A stretch of 64,000 bases of DNA. Source: Escherichia phage Murica. Both the position numbers and the translations under genes were made by a program. This document shows, one piece after another, positions 16,701-24,590 of the stretch. The notes beneath the pieces were generated by a model. It ran no database searches. It saw nothing but the letters and a program-made list of their open reading frames with translations, and had not been told where the DNA came from. Position 1 is the first letter of the stretch; each line of letters starts with the position of its first letter. The stretch lies in sequence record NC_041871.1. The stretch is one strand, 5' to 3'.

Positions 16701-19398
16701 GGTTTACTCTCGCCTGTCTTGGAGGGTAACCTGTAGTTTGGTTAAACCACAAATTACAAGAGTAATCCCTCATATAGTCATAATCAGAGTATTTGTTTAC
16801 ATCTTCGTTCCAACACATGTTTAGGTTGGTACCGCCCATGCATACAATATATTCTGCGACATACTTATCACTTCTGGTAGGAATACCTATGAACCATCTG
16901 TTAACAGGCTCATCCCAAGCTGTGCGCTCATCTTTAACGCAGATAGCAATCCAGTCATGTGTTCCTGTTTTCTTGCACACATCTCGCTTCATACCATAGT
17001 AGAACTCTTTAGTATTCGGCTCAGGTGCATTTATCAGGTAACTCCATGCCTGATTTGCATAAGTTCCATTGGTGCGTGGATCATGATCAAAGGCATACAT
17101 GATGATCCTTTCCCCACCAAGATGTTCGCCAAGAGTAACTTTGACATTCACATCGCCGTAACCATTGCGAACAACATCCATATTATCAATAGAGATACCT
17201 CTGGGCGTGTAGGCAATTTTCAGCGAGTTATCTTCACTAGTGCCGCCAAGTGTAATCCCTATGTTGTTTGTTGTCCCGTCGACATATCTTACTGTAGCTT
17301 CCCAGCGTATTCCGAAATATCCTGCATCATGGCTGACAATTTTCAGTGTACGAGCTCCCGGGTGAGGTTTTCCAGGATCAGGCCAAGGGTCTGGGTGTTC
17401 GTGAACAGTCAACGACGTTCCGTTCTGCTCATTAATCTGCAACATTTTACCACCCTTGCCATTAGGATTGAACTCCCACAAGGCTTGTGTTTTCACAATA
17501 TTGTCATACGTGGCGCGTCTTTGATCGTAGATCTCTTGGGTCACATCATAAGTGACTGATCCAGCATCCATTCTGTGGAGTCTGACCATATACGATGTAT
17601 CCCCTTCTACTGCAGGCTGGGTCCCATTCAGCCCAAAGTATACAGTATCGTTAACATGGAACTGCTTGTTTCTACCAACGGTATGCCACTTGCCGTTGGA
17701 CGGATACGCAGGAACTATGGTGTTCCAGTTCAAAGTCCTTGTCGTGTGAGTTCTGCCTGTGCCATGCTTGTCATGATAGGTTATTTTTACAGAGTACAGG
17801 CCACGTCTGTTAACATTTCTGTTATACTGGGTAACAACAACTTCGTTGGCCCCGCCGTGGTTCCAGTTGGTGGAGAATTGGTAATTTGCATCTGTAACAA
17901 CCGTACCTGCAGCATTCACCAGTTCAATCTTGTCAATGATGAACGTAGCTCCCTCTGGCTGAGGCTTCAATTTCATCTTGACCGTGTCACCAATGTAGAT
18001 ATTGCTAACACTGCTAACACCATTAACGTCGAAAATATCATCAACGCCCCAACTGTCTACTGGGACATTTTTATACCAATTCTCAGGAACCTCTGTGAAC
18101 CCCTGACTATTAAGTCTGCCGCCAAACAGGTTATTAGAGCCTGTAAAACTTCCCCTTGGGATACCTGACCACCAAAGTTTACCATTAACAACAGTAAAGG
18201 TCCCTAAGAAACCTTCTCTGTGGATGCCTTGGAAATAAACACTCTCTGTCCAGCTGACTGGCAGGCGTTGCTCAACATATTTAGCTGTAGCAAGAGCTTG
18301 ATAGTGGATAAAATCGGCCCTAGGACTATTGTTTGCAGATTGTGCACCAATATCATTACATAAGTTGCGAGAGAACCCACGATACTGCTTAGTGCCATTA
18401 TTGAAGAAAATGCCACTTGTGCCGTACCCACGAGCCATCATTACCTCATGGGTGTAGGTGATATTCAGTTCCCGCCATGTATCATCTCCCCAAATGTTTT
18501 GACCATAAAATACGTTAACAAGCTGCTGGTCATCGGGTCTATGCATCCTCTGTGTAGCAATTACTGCCCCGTTAGGACCACACATAAACCCTTTCCACTC
18601 CTCATCTGCAGGAATGCCCCTCAAATCGTTACGAGTAACCTGCACAGGAGGCCAAACAAGGTCGTTTCTACTGTTATTTCTCAGAAAGTCGTATCCAGCA
18701 ATCCAGAAACCCCTAGGACCACCGAAAATAACAGAGTTGTCATGCACCTCACAGTTGATGCTTGGATTTTTCCAAGGGCCTGTTTCAGGATTTTCCGATG
18801 TCTCACCAATCTTTACAGGGGTTGCATGCTGATTTTTATCTACATGCAAAGATCCGTAGGTGTTGTTACCAGATCCATACAGGTTAAGTATGCCAGTACC
18901 TTCTGCCTCTGCAATAACCCAGACAGTGTTGTTAATACCGCCCATCACCTCAATAAGGCGTTCTGGGTGGGTGTCAAGGTGCAATCCTTTAACAATCTGC
19001 TCTGGGAGTGGTGTCCACTCGTTTACGCAAACATCATTACCGCCTGCCGCAGTGGATCCGATAAGACCTGCAGTGCAGCCGATGTAGAAAAACTGGTTAT
19101 CAAAAGTCCGGATCACAAACGCGCGGTCTGCTCTCCACACATGATCAACATTCCAGGCTGTTTCGCTCGGATAGTTTATAGGGCTACGATCCCCAGTGCG
19201 GCACTCTCCGAACTTGTTATAGCCAGTAATATTAAGCTGACCATCATCAAAAAGTATAGCTAAGCTATTTACATAGGATACTGTGTTGCTTGTACCATCA
19301 CTGTTGTCTATTGGGTATGACAGAACAGCAAGTTCCTTAATTCCACCCCTCTTATCGAGGAAATGACGACCAAGTTTTAGCAAAGGGATTGGAAGCAT
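13762..19398 (-). CDS. giant tail fiber/adhesin-like structural protein (1878 aa) with C-terminal Ig-like (Big_2-like) segment
   Basis: Very long ORF at the distal end of the structural operon; Gly/Asn/Thr-rich beta-rich composition; Ig-like stretch SNVSGIRKTWESSNTNIATVDATTGLVTFKATGNVTIKF. Confidence 0.45.
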   Translation of the reverse strand: MLPIPLLKLGRHFLDKRGGIKELAVLSYPIDNSDGTSNTVSYVNSLAILFDDGQLNITGYNKFGECRTGDRSPINYPSETAWNVDHVWRADRAFVIRTFDNQFFYIGCTAGLIGSTAAGGNDVCVNEWTPLPEQIVKGLHLDTHPERLIEVMGGINNTVWVIAEAEGTGILNLYGSGNNTYGSLHVDKNQHATPVKIGETSENPETGPWKNPSINCEVHDNSVIFGGPRGFWIAGYDFLRNNSRNDLVWPPVQVTRNDLRGIPADEEWKGFMCGPNGAVIATQRMHRPDDQQLVNVFYGQNIWGDDTWRELNITYTHEVMMARGYGTSGIFFNNGTKQYRGFSRNLCNDIGAQSANNSPRADFIHYQALATAKYVEQRLPVSWTESVYFQGIHREGFLGTFTVVNGKLWWSGIPRGSFTGSNNLFGGRLNSQGFTEVPENWYKNVPVDSWGVDDIFDVNGVSSVSNIYIGDTVKMKLKPQPEGATFIIDKIELVNAAGTVVTDANYQFSTNWNHGGANEVVVTQYNRNVNRRGLYSVKITYHDKHGTGRTHTTRTLNWNTIVPAYPSNGKWHTVGRNKQFHVNDTVYFGLNGTQPAVEGDTSYMVRLHRMDAGSVTYDVTQEIYDQRRATYDNIVKTQALWEFNPNGKGGKMLQINEQNGTSLTVHEHPDPWPDPGKPHPGARTLKIVSHDAGYFGIRWEATVRYVDGTTNNIGITLGGTSEDNSLKIAYTPRGISIDNMDVVRNGYGDVNVKVTLGEHLGGERIIMYAFDHDPRTNGTYANQAWSYLINAPEPNTKEFYYGMKRDVCKKTGTHDWIAICVKDERTAWDEPVNRWFIGIPTRSDKYVAEYIVCMGGTNLNMCWNEDVNKYSDYDYMRDYSCNLWFNQTTGYPPRQARVNPAIFTDTQVFLTKQANEVQTFKNKYDPNKWFYNCYGAFFWGPGELPGGGSCLNEATYASDYIMGQVKKYKIIPGPETLGNAVDPYIIMTALRSNMDGTSMSMQIPVTNGYKRVVMIIKCDLIGKQVLAENGTSTHPFEIALHYQFADSPFAGDKRISDTDAQRCKKVLLGAGWWWYEFDLTDKFTDTSKVVTGLRLDLGENMHKAVCDGTYGDPTIYLKYVSFEHPEDVVYGPKLRLFGSWIAKDRVGMGKKVRGFLVDAGTEDMLVNAVWPELPGTQWDNSAKSINWFNIHRAMWTTNCYLWRELNDQAFGFSDGRRMAIICWTTLQRCYDHDYEIGGRAWKNIRDRIITNFADDNGGGAHNFGTSRLIHLNGSSAYKKEGYSGSMIEWGLVKDARVLMGQQLAAAIGPSAVQSVKPAWFDIPLWSPGTPGTAAINPATGDLEISWEDLKQVGGWDKTGYQVQWWRADGSLAADEFVKDNFYTMSSAKAQQLFGQATPSTITMSMCCKDNRTGALGPRVAKVFSGIKWNLPVQSISWKQIGDNKLLVTPACQFNATLNVDPAVAANSAKASDFSVSNTAMADVRKIDTLNARITCKNTYGTFQIINNFTDADSKVVRTASQTLSLGTLAYAALITEQSATLQGGGVGKSITTPVWKPNEWVVFDLTVDFSSDNNWTWVRNCLSQLMGGPSSVSDSHDSTDPSVFQVGKTHPETGETLPDRKYALVCISYGKADVTFSGTHTYNGTYNFSRKYSLKAGNIIDEVGVLYNPGNGIGIVGGKLQMQEPSITPSNVSGIRKTWESSNTNIATVDATTGLVTFKATGNVTIKFVVTDDAGRKTSSTSFTVKQMAPQWRMWIGTATNGAYPNPAGTSGMKTFSTSKPMEYGSGPKVGQMVYFGAYIPEIIGLPRSQLQLLFGAGVDDLATFGYSDNIEAARSSGWVGFRMESGKEGRILGTASIGVMFPGDQQYRLEAYATFSR

Positions 19399-19446
19399 TG
19401 TGTTCTCCAGATAAGAAAACCGCCCCGTCAGGAGCGGTTAGATATA

Positions 19447-21192
19447 TTAACGTTGTGCAATTACTACGTCTACGATATCACCAACACCACAATACGTTAA
19501 TTGCAGCAAGGTAACACTGTTAGCCCTGTTGTTAATAACAGGTGTTGCCGACAGGATAGCATACTTATCGTGCAAAGTCACGTTGTGACCTACAGCATCC
19601 TGAATTACATAGATAACCGCAGTGAACGGATAAGGTTTATCTTCCGCTGATGTCCCAGGCCACTGCCCTATTGTAAAATCCCCTTTAGCGTGGACAACAT
19701 ACATACTGGCCTGCCCGTTAGGTGTCCATGTCCCACTGGACGCGTCAACCTCCTCTAAATCGAAATCTACCTTCCCTGCGTGGAAAGTAGGGGCAGTGAT
19801 GGTTTTACCAGCCTCAATTTCTTGAGAGGTGGTTATCTTACCACTGGAGTTAATGCCATTACAGACAAAGTTGACATTAGAGAAGTCTGGCAGCCATCCG
19901 GTCACCGTGCCGGATATTTCAAGGTTGTGAACAGAGGTGGTGCCAGTCCCTGCTGCGTTTAAACTGACATCTCCATTTACCTGCAAGTTGCGGGTAACGT
20001 TGCAGTTTTCAGAGTTTGCAGTTGTTGCAGTTAAAGTGGTTGTTGTCAGCTCGGTAATTACACCTTTGTTGGCTGTAAGCCCTTCTCCTTCAAAAGTTGC
20101 ACGCTCATTGACTCTTAAGGTATTCAGAGCTATGTTTTGGATAGAGGCCGTACCTCGAATAACTACAGACCCGCCAACCTCCAAATCACCATTTATTAAT
20201 GCGTCACCCGTGCTTTCAATATAGCTAGGGTAGATCATGGTGCCATCTACAGAGTAGGTTATCCCTGTAACGGTGCCTGTCACCTCAAGGTTCTTAACCC
20301 TGGTGGTCCCATCGACCTGCAATGTCGGTTCGGTTGCTGACTTCATGGCATTACCACGAATGTACACGTAGTCAAAAAAGTTATTACCCAGACCATCAAA
20401 ATGCACATCGTTATTATTAGCCACTGGTTTCCCGGAAGTTATAGTGTCAGCTATAATCCTGTGGGTGGACACTTCATGAGGTTGCAGCTCTGTGCTTCTC
20501 CAGTCTGCATGCTTAGGATCGCTCCACGCAAAAGTGAGTGTAGAAGTATTTGCCGTGAGGATTAGGTTCCTGAAGCGTGCAGTAGAATCTGCTCCATTAA
20601 CAGGCCCATGTAAGGTAAGGGTGCCTCCAACTATGGTGTTGGCGAGTTCTGTAAGACCTTTTACCACCAAAGACCCTACAGTAACTTTCATCCCCTCCAT
20701 GGCTTCAAATATGCTATCAACATAGTCAACAACAAACTCTGTGTTTGCTATAGACTCTGACTTATCGTCCATTGGAGGTGTAGGTACTCGCGGGTCACCT
20801 TCGAACCTTGGGCTGTTAAGTTTTGCGTAATATTTTGCCATTACTGCAGAATCGGTGTATAATCTCCAGTTTGGAGATTGTGAAGGATCTGCTGGCATTC
20901 TAACCGGGTTAGATTTTGATGCTGCGGGAGCGTACCACCACTGAGGGCCTGTGTCCCCTTTAAACTCATACAGCTGGTTAAAAACTGTTGTGGATGCACC
21001 ATACGCCCAAGGGATCGGTGGCGTTTTAAAATAAAGGTTGTCAAGCATGGCTTTTCGTACCGTAGGGATGGTGGTCCCATCCTCTACGACAACTTCATCC
21101 ACAGCGTTACCGTTGACAACCAAGTGCAAACGTTCAGAATCAACAATTACTTGATCTACCGCCTGCTCAAAGCTTGTCATGTCTTGCGCCAT
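19447..21192 (-). CDS. tail fiber-like protein, 581 aa
   Basis: Position in the fiber cluster; Thr/Gly/Asn-rich repetitive composition. Confidence 0.4.
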   Translation of the reverse strand: MAQDMTSFEQAVDQVIVDSERLHLVVNGNAVDEVVVEDGTTIPTVRKAMLDNLYFKTPPIPWAYGASTTVFNQLYEFKGDTGPQWWYAPAASKSNPVRMPADPSQSPNWRLYTDSAVMAKYYAKLNSPRFEGDPRVPTPPMDDKSESIANTEFVVDYVDSIFEAMEGMKVTVGSLVVKGLTELANTIVGGTLTLHGPVNGADSTARFRNLILTANTSTLTFAWSDPKHADWRSTELQPHEVSTHRIIADTITSGKPVANNNDVHFDGLGNNFFDYVYIRGNAMKSATEPTLQVDGTTRVKNLEVTGTVTGITYSVDGTMIYPSYIESTGDALINGDLEVGGSVVIRGTASIQNIALNTLRVNERATFEGEGLTANKGVITELTTTTLTATTANSENCNVTRNLQVNGDVSLNAAGTGTTSVHNLEISGTVTGWLPDFSNVNFVCNGINSSGKITTSQEIEAGKTITAPTFHAGKVDFDLEEVDASSGTWTPNGQASMYVVHAKGDFTIGQWPGTSAEDKPYPFTAVIYVIQDAVGHNVTLHDKYAILSATPVINNRANSVTLLQLTYCGVGDIVDVVIAQR

Positions 21193-21201
21193 GATTTCTC
21201 C

Positions 21202-21468
21202 TTAAGCTTTTTGCTCTTCGTTTTTAACGTGGTCAGGGTGCTGGCAACCCCACCGGAGCGAGATGAATTTGCTAATAAGCTGGGGGCAAGCTACTGAAGG
21301 CGCGTATATCCACGCATACCATTCAGGTAGCGTATCATTATACCCCATATGAATAAACACCCCAGTCATCACCGCCATGCCTATGTTAGACCATAGCTTA
21401 GATTGGGACACTTTCGTAGGGTCATCAGATGCCGCAACCAGTCCCCATAAAAACTGAGTTAGTTTCAT
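21202..21468 (-). CDS. small hydrophobic protein, 88 aa
   Basis: Two hydrophobic segments (NIGMAVMTGVFIHMGY; WYAWIYAPSVA). Confidence 0.3.
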   Translation of the reverse strand: MKLTQFLWGLVAASDDPTKVSQSKLWSNIGMAVMTGVFIHMGYNDTLPEWYAWIYAPSVACPQLISKFISLRWGCQHPDHVKNEEQKA

Positions 21469-21479
21469 TTACCCTCTTT

Positions 21480-22523
21480 TTAAGCATAAGATATAGTGAT
21501 CCATTGACCATTTACAAGTTTTTGGATAGCACCTGTCCAGTAATCACCTTGATAAGGGTGTTTATAAGCGTAGTTACCAGAGCACATCACATGTCCAGGG
21601 TAGACTCTTGACTCTCTGTAGGTGGTTTTGAAACGGTTTGCTATCCTTACGTCATCAACCCCTCTGCTGGGCATAGGGATAGTAAGGTTACCACTACTGT
21701 CTGCGCCGTTACCATTTACCCTGCGGACCACGTTTCTTCCACCAACTGTTGCATATTGACCCCTGACTGTTTCATCGTTACAATCAACTCTTCCACCTAT
21801 TTGAGCGCTTCCGCAGGATTGTTGTCCGTTAACAGTGGCTCTTGGTATCGTGACCGCATTGGCATTTGCAGAGGAACTTTTTGCATCGTTGCATTCAAGA
21901 TTTCCTTGGATAGCCAGTCTTGCACGGTTGGCAGTTATAGCATTGAGCTTCATAGCCGAAAACACAGGCTGCCCACCAGAAGGTTGAAATCTCCAACGGA
22001 ACCCGTCTATTTGGTGAGAAGGATCATCAAGGTCTGTGCCGTCAGCACCACCGATGTTGTCCATAATCCAGAAATCCATCGTCGTCTTGTCTGGAGTTAT
22101 GGTGGTATATATTGCCGCATTGTCTGTTGACGCAGATGCAAACTCGATTCTTTGAAGACCTAAAGTTTGAGTCTGAGTCATTATGTCTCCAGACTTGTCA
22201 ACATACAGATCGTCCATTTCTTCAGGCGAGTATACATTGAGAACTTGACGTGCAGCAGCTTTGTCTGGAACGTCTGCTAGATTATTAGTGACCCTTAAGA
22301 ATCTATTATCCCATCCTGGGACAACATCTTCTGTTAGATGCTTTAACCACGCAGAAAGCATGTGAAGTTCAAAGTTAACAACTTCACATGCCACTCTTTG
22401 TGTCATATCCCAACCTTTCAATCTCTCTTCTTTTTTTGGTTGAGACTTATTCAACTCTCCTGTATTTTCAAGCACAACATCCTGATTGGCCCAAATATCA
22501 AGAGGGATAACTGGTTTAGTCAT
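21480..22523 (-). CDS. tail fiber protein, paralog A (347 aa)
   Basis: Homologous over N- and C-terminal regions to 23538-24578 (N-terminus …PLDIWA…; C-terminus QKLVNGQWITISYA). Confidence 0.5.
   Translation of the reverse strand: MTKPVIPLDIWANQDVVLENTGELNKSQPKKEERLKGWDMTQRVACEVVNFELHMLSAWLKHLTEDVVPGWDNRFLRVTNNLADVPDKAAARQVLNVYSPEEMDDLYVDKSGDIMTQTQTLGLQRIEFASASTDNAAIYTTITPDKTTMDFWIMDNIGGADGTDLDDPSHQIDGFRWRFQPSGGQPVFSAMKLNAITANRARLAIQGNLECNDAKSSSANANAVTIPRATVNGQQSCGSAQIGGRVDCNDETVRGQYATVGGRNVVRRVNGNGADSSGNLTIPMPSRGVDDVRIANRFKTTYRESRVYPGHVMCSGNYAYKHPYQGDYWTGAIQKLVNGQWITISYA
21495..21524 (-). repeat. 30-bp exact direct repeat at the 3' end of the fiber gene (copy 1)
   Basis: AGTGATCCATTGACCATTTACAAGTTTTTG is identical at 23553-23582. 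Confidence 0.85.
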
Positions 22524-22581
22524 CGCGTTCTCCTGAGAAAATTCCTTAGGACTATTTTAACACTTTAGAGAACAAAATGCA

Positions 22582-22603
22582 AGAACGGAGTCCTTTCCGT
22601 TCT
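22582..22603 (-). terminator. rho-independent terminator after the 22613-22927 gene
   Basis: Stem AGAACGG/CCGTTCT with an 8-nt loop, followed on the minus strand by TGCATTTTGTT. Confidence 0.5.
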
Positions 22604-22612
22604 GACCTTTGT

Positions 22613-22927
22613 TTACCTTTTACTATGCTCTACGAGCATGTGCAAAATCTTTTGTACATCGGCTCTGATGCCGGAGACATCTGTCCTGACATCCTGCTTA
22701 AGGTCGTTAATATCGGCCTCTAGCTTGCTTAACCGGGTCTCTATAACGGAATCAAGTTTATCTTTTGTAACCATACTGTTTTTCACTAAGATGAGGTCTT
22801 TCTCCAGCTCATCCAACCTCTTGGAAATGCCTTTCCATTTGGTGTGCCACTGGTTGAAAGCCCATACACAGATCGGGACAACGGTACCCATGCAGATACC
22901 GTACAATGCCGCCAAATCCAACTCCAC
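22613..22927 (-). CDS. small membrane-anchored coiled-coil protein, 104 aa
   Basis: N-terminal hydrophobic segment followed by a heptad-like charged region. Confidence 0.4.
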   Translation of the reverse strand: MELDLAALYGICMGTVVPICVWAFNQWHTKWKGISKRLDELEKDLILVKNSMVTKDKLDSVIETRLSKLEADINDLKQDVRTDVSGIRADVQKILHMLVEHSKR

Positions 22928-22938
22928 AACACCTCCTC

Positions 22939-23523
22939 TTAGAGGGTAGGTCGCTCCGGGAAGAAAATGTCAGGGGCTTTAGATGTATCTATTTCAAGAA
23001 GTTTTACCCTGTACATTTTCAAATCTCTGATGTTACGTTTCTGGTCATCAGTAAGATCATATTCAAGGTCAATCATGTCTTGATAGGCACCAATTCTAGC
23101 AGTAGCCCAAGCAAGTTCTGTCTCTATGACACCCTCTGCCTGTTGAACAAAGAATTCATTGTCTGTGACAAATTCATCACCAACTAAACGCAAAGCGTCG
23201 TGGTGAAGCATAATGTTTTCTGGTACCTCTTCTTTTTTGGCGATAACCACACGAAGACCTGGAGCAGGCCATAAGGCATCAGGTTCTTCTGTAGATGTCT
23301 TAAGAATTCCCTTCTCGTCAACAAGTAGGAAGATACAACCTGGATTTTCTTGTCGTAATGTTCGTGACTGCACATACCAATCACCATCATCATTACGTAA
23401 AAAATACCCAGTGTATGCGGTGTAATCCTCGACCTCTTGAGGGGTCAGCTCCTTGGTTTCCTTGTTGGAGTGGTATTCGCCAGATCCCGGTTGGTAAAGT
23501 TTAAACTCTTGAAGTATTTTCAT
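22939..23523 (-). CDS. tail fiber assembly chaperone (Tfa-like)
   Basis: C-terminal pattern …YRVKLLEIDTSKAPDIFFPERP resembles the conserved Tfa C-terminus (…YR..L..D.S.APDI.WP..P); sits directly downstream of a fiber gene. Confidence 0.6.
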   Translation of the reverse strand: MKILQEFKLYQPGSGEYHSNKETKELTPQEVEDYTAYTGYFLRNDDGDWYVQSRTLRQENPGCIFLLVDEKGILKTSTEEPDALWPAPGLRVVIAKKEEVPENIMLHHDALRLVGDEFVTDNEFFVQQAEGVIETELAWATARIGAYQDMIDLEYDLTDDQKRNIRDLKMYRVKLLEIDTSKAPDIFFPERPTL

Positions 23524-23537
23524 GCTAGTCCTCCGAT

Positions 23538-24578
23538 CTATGCATAATTAACAGTGATCCATTGACCATTTACAAGTTTTTGTAAAGGTCCTGCCCAGTA
23601 GGTTGAACCACGCATCTCTTTTTTGTCACCGAAATGCCAGCCTGTGACAACGTATCCGTTGCGGATTGGAGATTCAGAAACGCCGTCCACAAGTCTTGCA
23701 CCGATTCTGATGTCTTGCACACCTGTCTGCGGGATAGTGATCGTTACATCACCGTTACCGTTAGCCGTCACTCCATTCACGGAGCGCACCACATTTCTGT
23801 TGCCGACAACACAGTGCTGGCTTCTTACAACCATACTGTCACAACTTGCACCACCATTAACATATACTGACCCAGCCGTCAACTGACTGGCCACATTACA
23901 GTTGGTGAATGTTGCTGTATTGCTGATAGTAAGGTTATTGCACCTCATGTTATCAACAACTTCAACATTGCCTACCACTTTCAACAGCGCACGATTAGCC
24001 GTGATCGCGTTAAGGTACATCAAAGTGAACTCTGGATTAATATCCGGCTGAGTTGGCTGGAATCTCCAACGAAACGCATCTACTGTAGATGTACCACCAT
24101 CATCAAACGGCCCGGTATTATCACTTAACCCAAAGTCGAGGGTTGTCTTATCTGGGCCAATAGTTGTCTCTATCCAAGCCTTATCTGTCTCGGCAGCTTT
24201 AAAGTTGATACGTTGCAACCCCAAAGGGCCTGTCATTGTATCACCTGTAACTTTTACATACCTGGCGTCTGCCTCTTCCTTAGTGATAATCCCAAGGTTT
24301 CTACGGGCAACAGGAATGTTCAAAAGATCGCTCAAGTTATTATCACGTACCAGATAACGGCCTTCTTGAGCTGGGATCTGCTCGTCAGCAATGTATTTTG
24401 CCCAAGTCCCGAGCATATTGAAAATATAGTTAAGTTCTTCACATGAGGGCTTTTGACCAAGATCCCAACCTTTTCTCCACAAATCATCAATCGGGCGTAG
24501 CCTGTTCTGTCTGTGGGTGTTAGGCAGAACCTGATCCTCCTCTGCCCAAATCTCTAATGGAAAACTAGGTTTTGACAT
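23538..24578 (-). CDS. tail fiber protein, paralog B (346 aa)
   Basis: Paralog of 21480-22523; followed by the Tfa-like chaperone. Confidence 0.55.
   Translation of the reverse strand: MSKPSFPLEIWAEEDQVLPNTHRQNRLRPIDDLWRKGWDLGQKPSCEELNYIFNMLGTWAKYIADEQIPAQEGRYLVRDNNLSDLLNIPVARRNLGIITKEEADARYVKVTGDTMTGPLGLQRINFKAAETDKAWIETTIGPDKTTLDFGLSDNTGPFDDGGTSTVDAFRWRFQPTQPDINPEFTLMYLNAITANRALLKVVGNVEVVDNMRCNNLTISNTATFTNCNVASQLTAGSVYVNGGASCDSMVVRSQHCVVGNRNVVRSVNGVTANGNGDVTITIPQTGVQDIRIGARLVDGVSESPIRNGYVVTGWHFGDKKEMRGSTYWAGPLQKLVNGQWITVNYA
23553..23582 (-). repeat. 30-bp exact direct repeat (copy 2)
   Basis: Identical to 21495-21524. Confidence 0.85.
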
Positions 24579-24590
24579 TTTATCTCCTGA

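Noticed and set aside
14060-19263. Plus-strand ORFs inside the giant minus-strand fiber gene (e.g. 14060-14464, 16957-17559, 17575-18168, 18448-19263)
   Set aside because: They are antisense shadow ORFs within a long, well-supported coding region, with no RBS or operon logic. The same applies to antisense ORFs inside other large genes (e.g. 35232-35750, 44077-44769, 46909-47343, 53933-54364).
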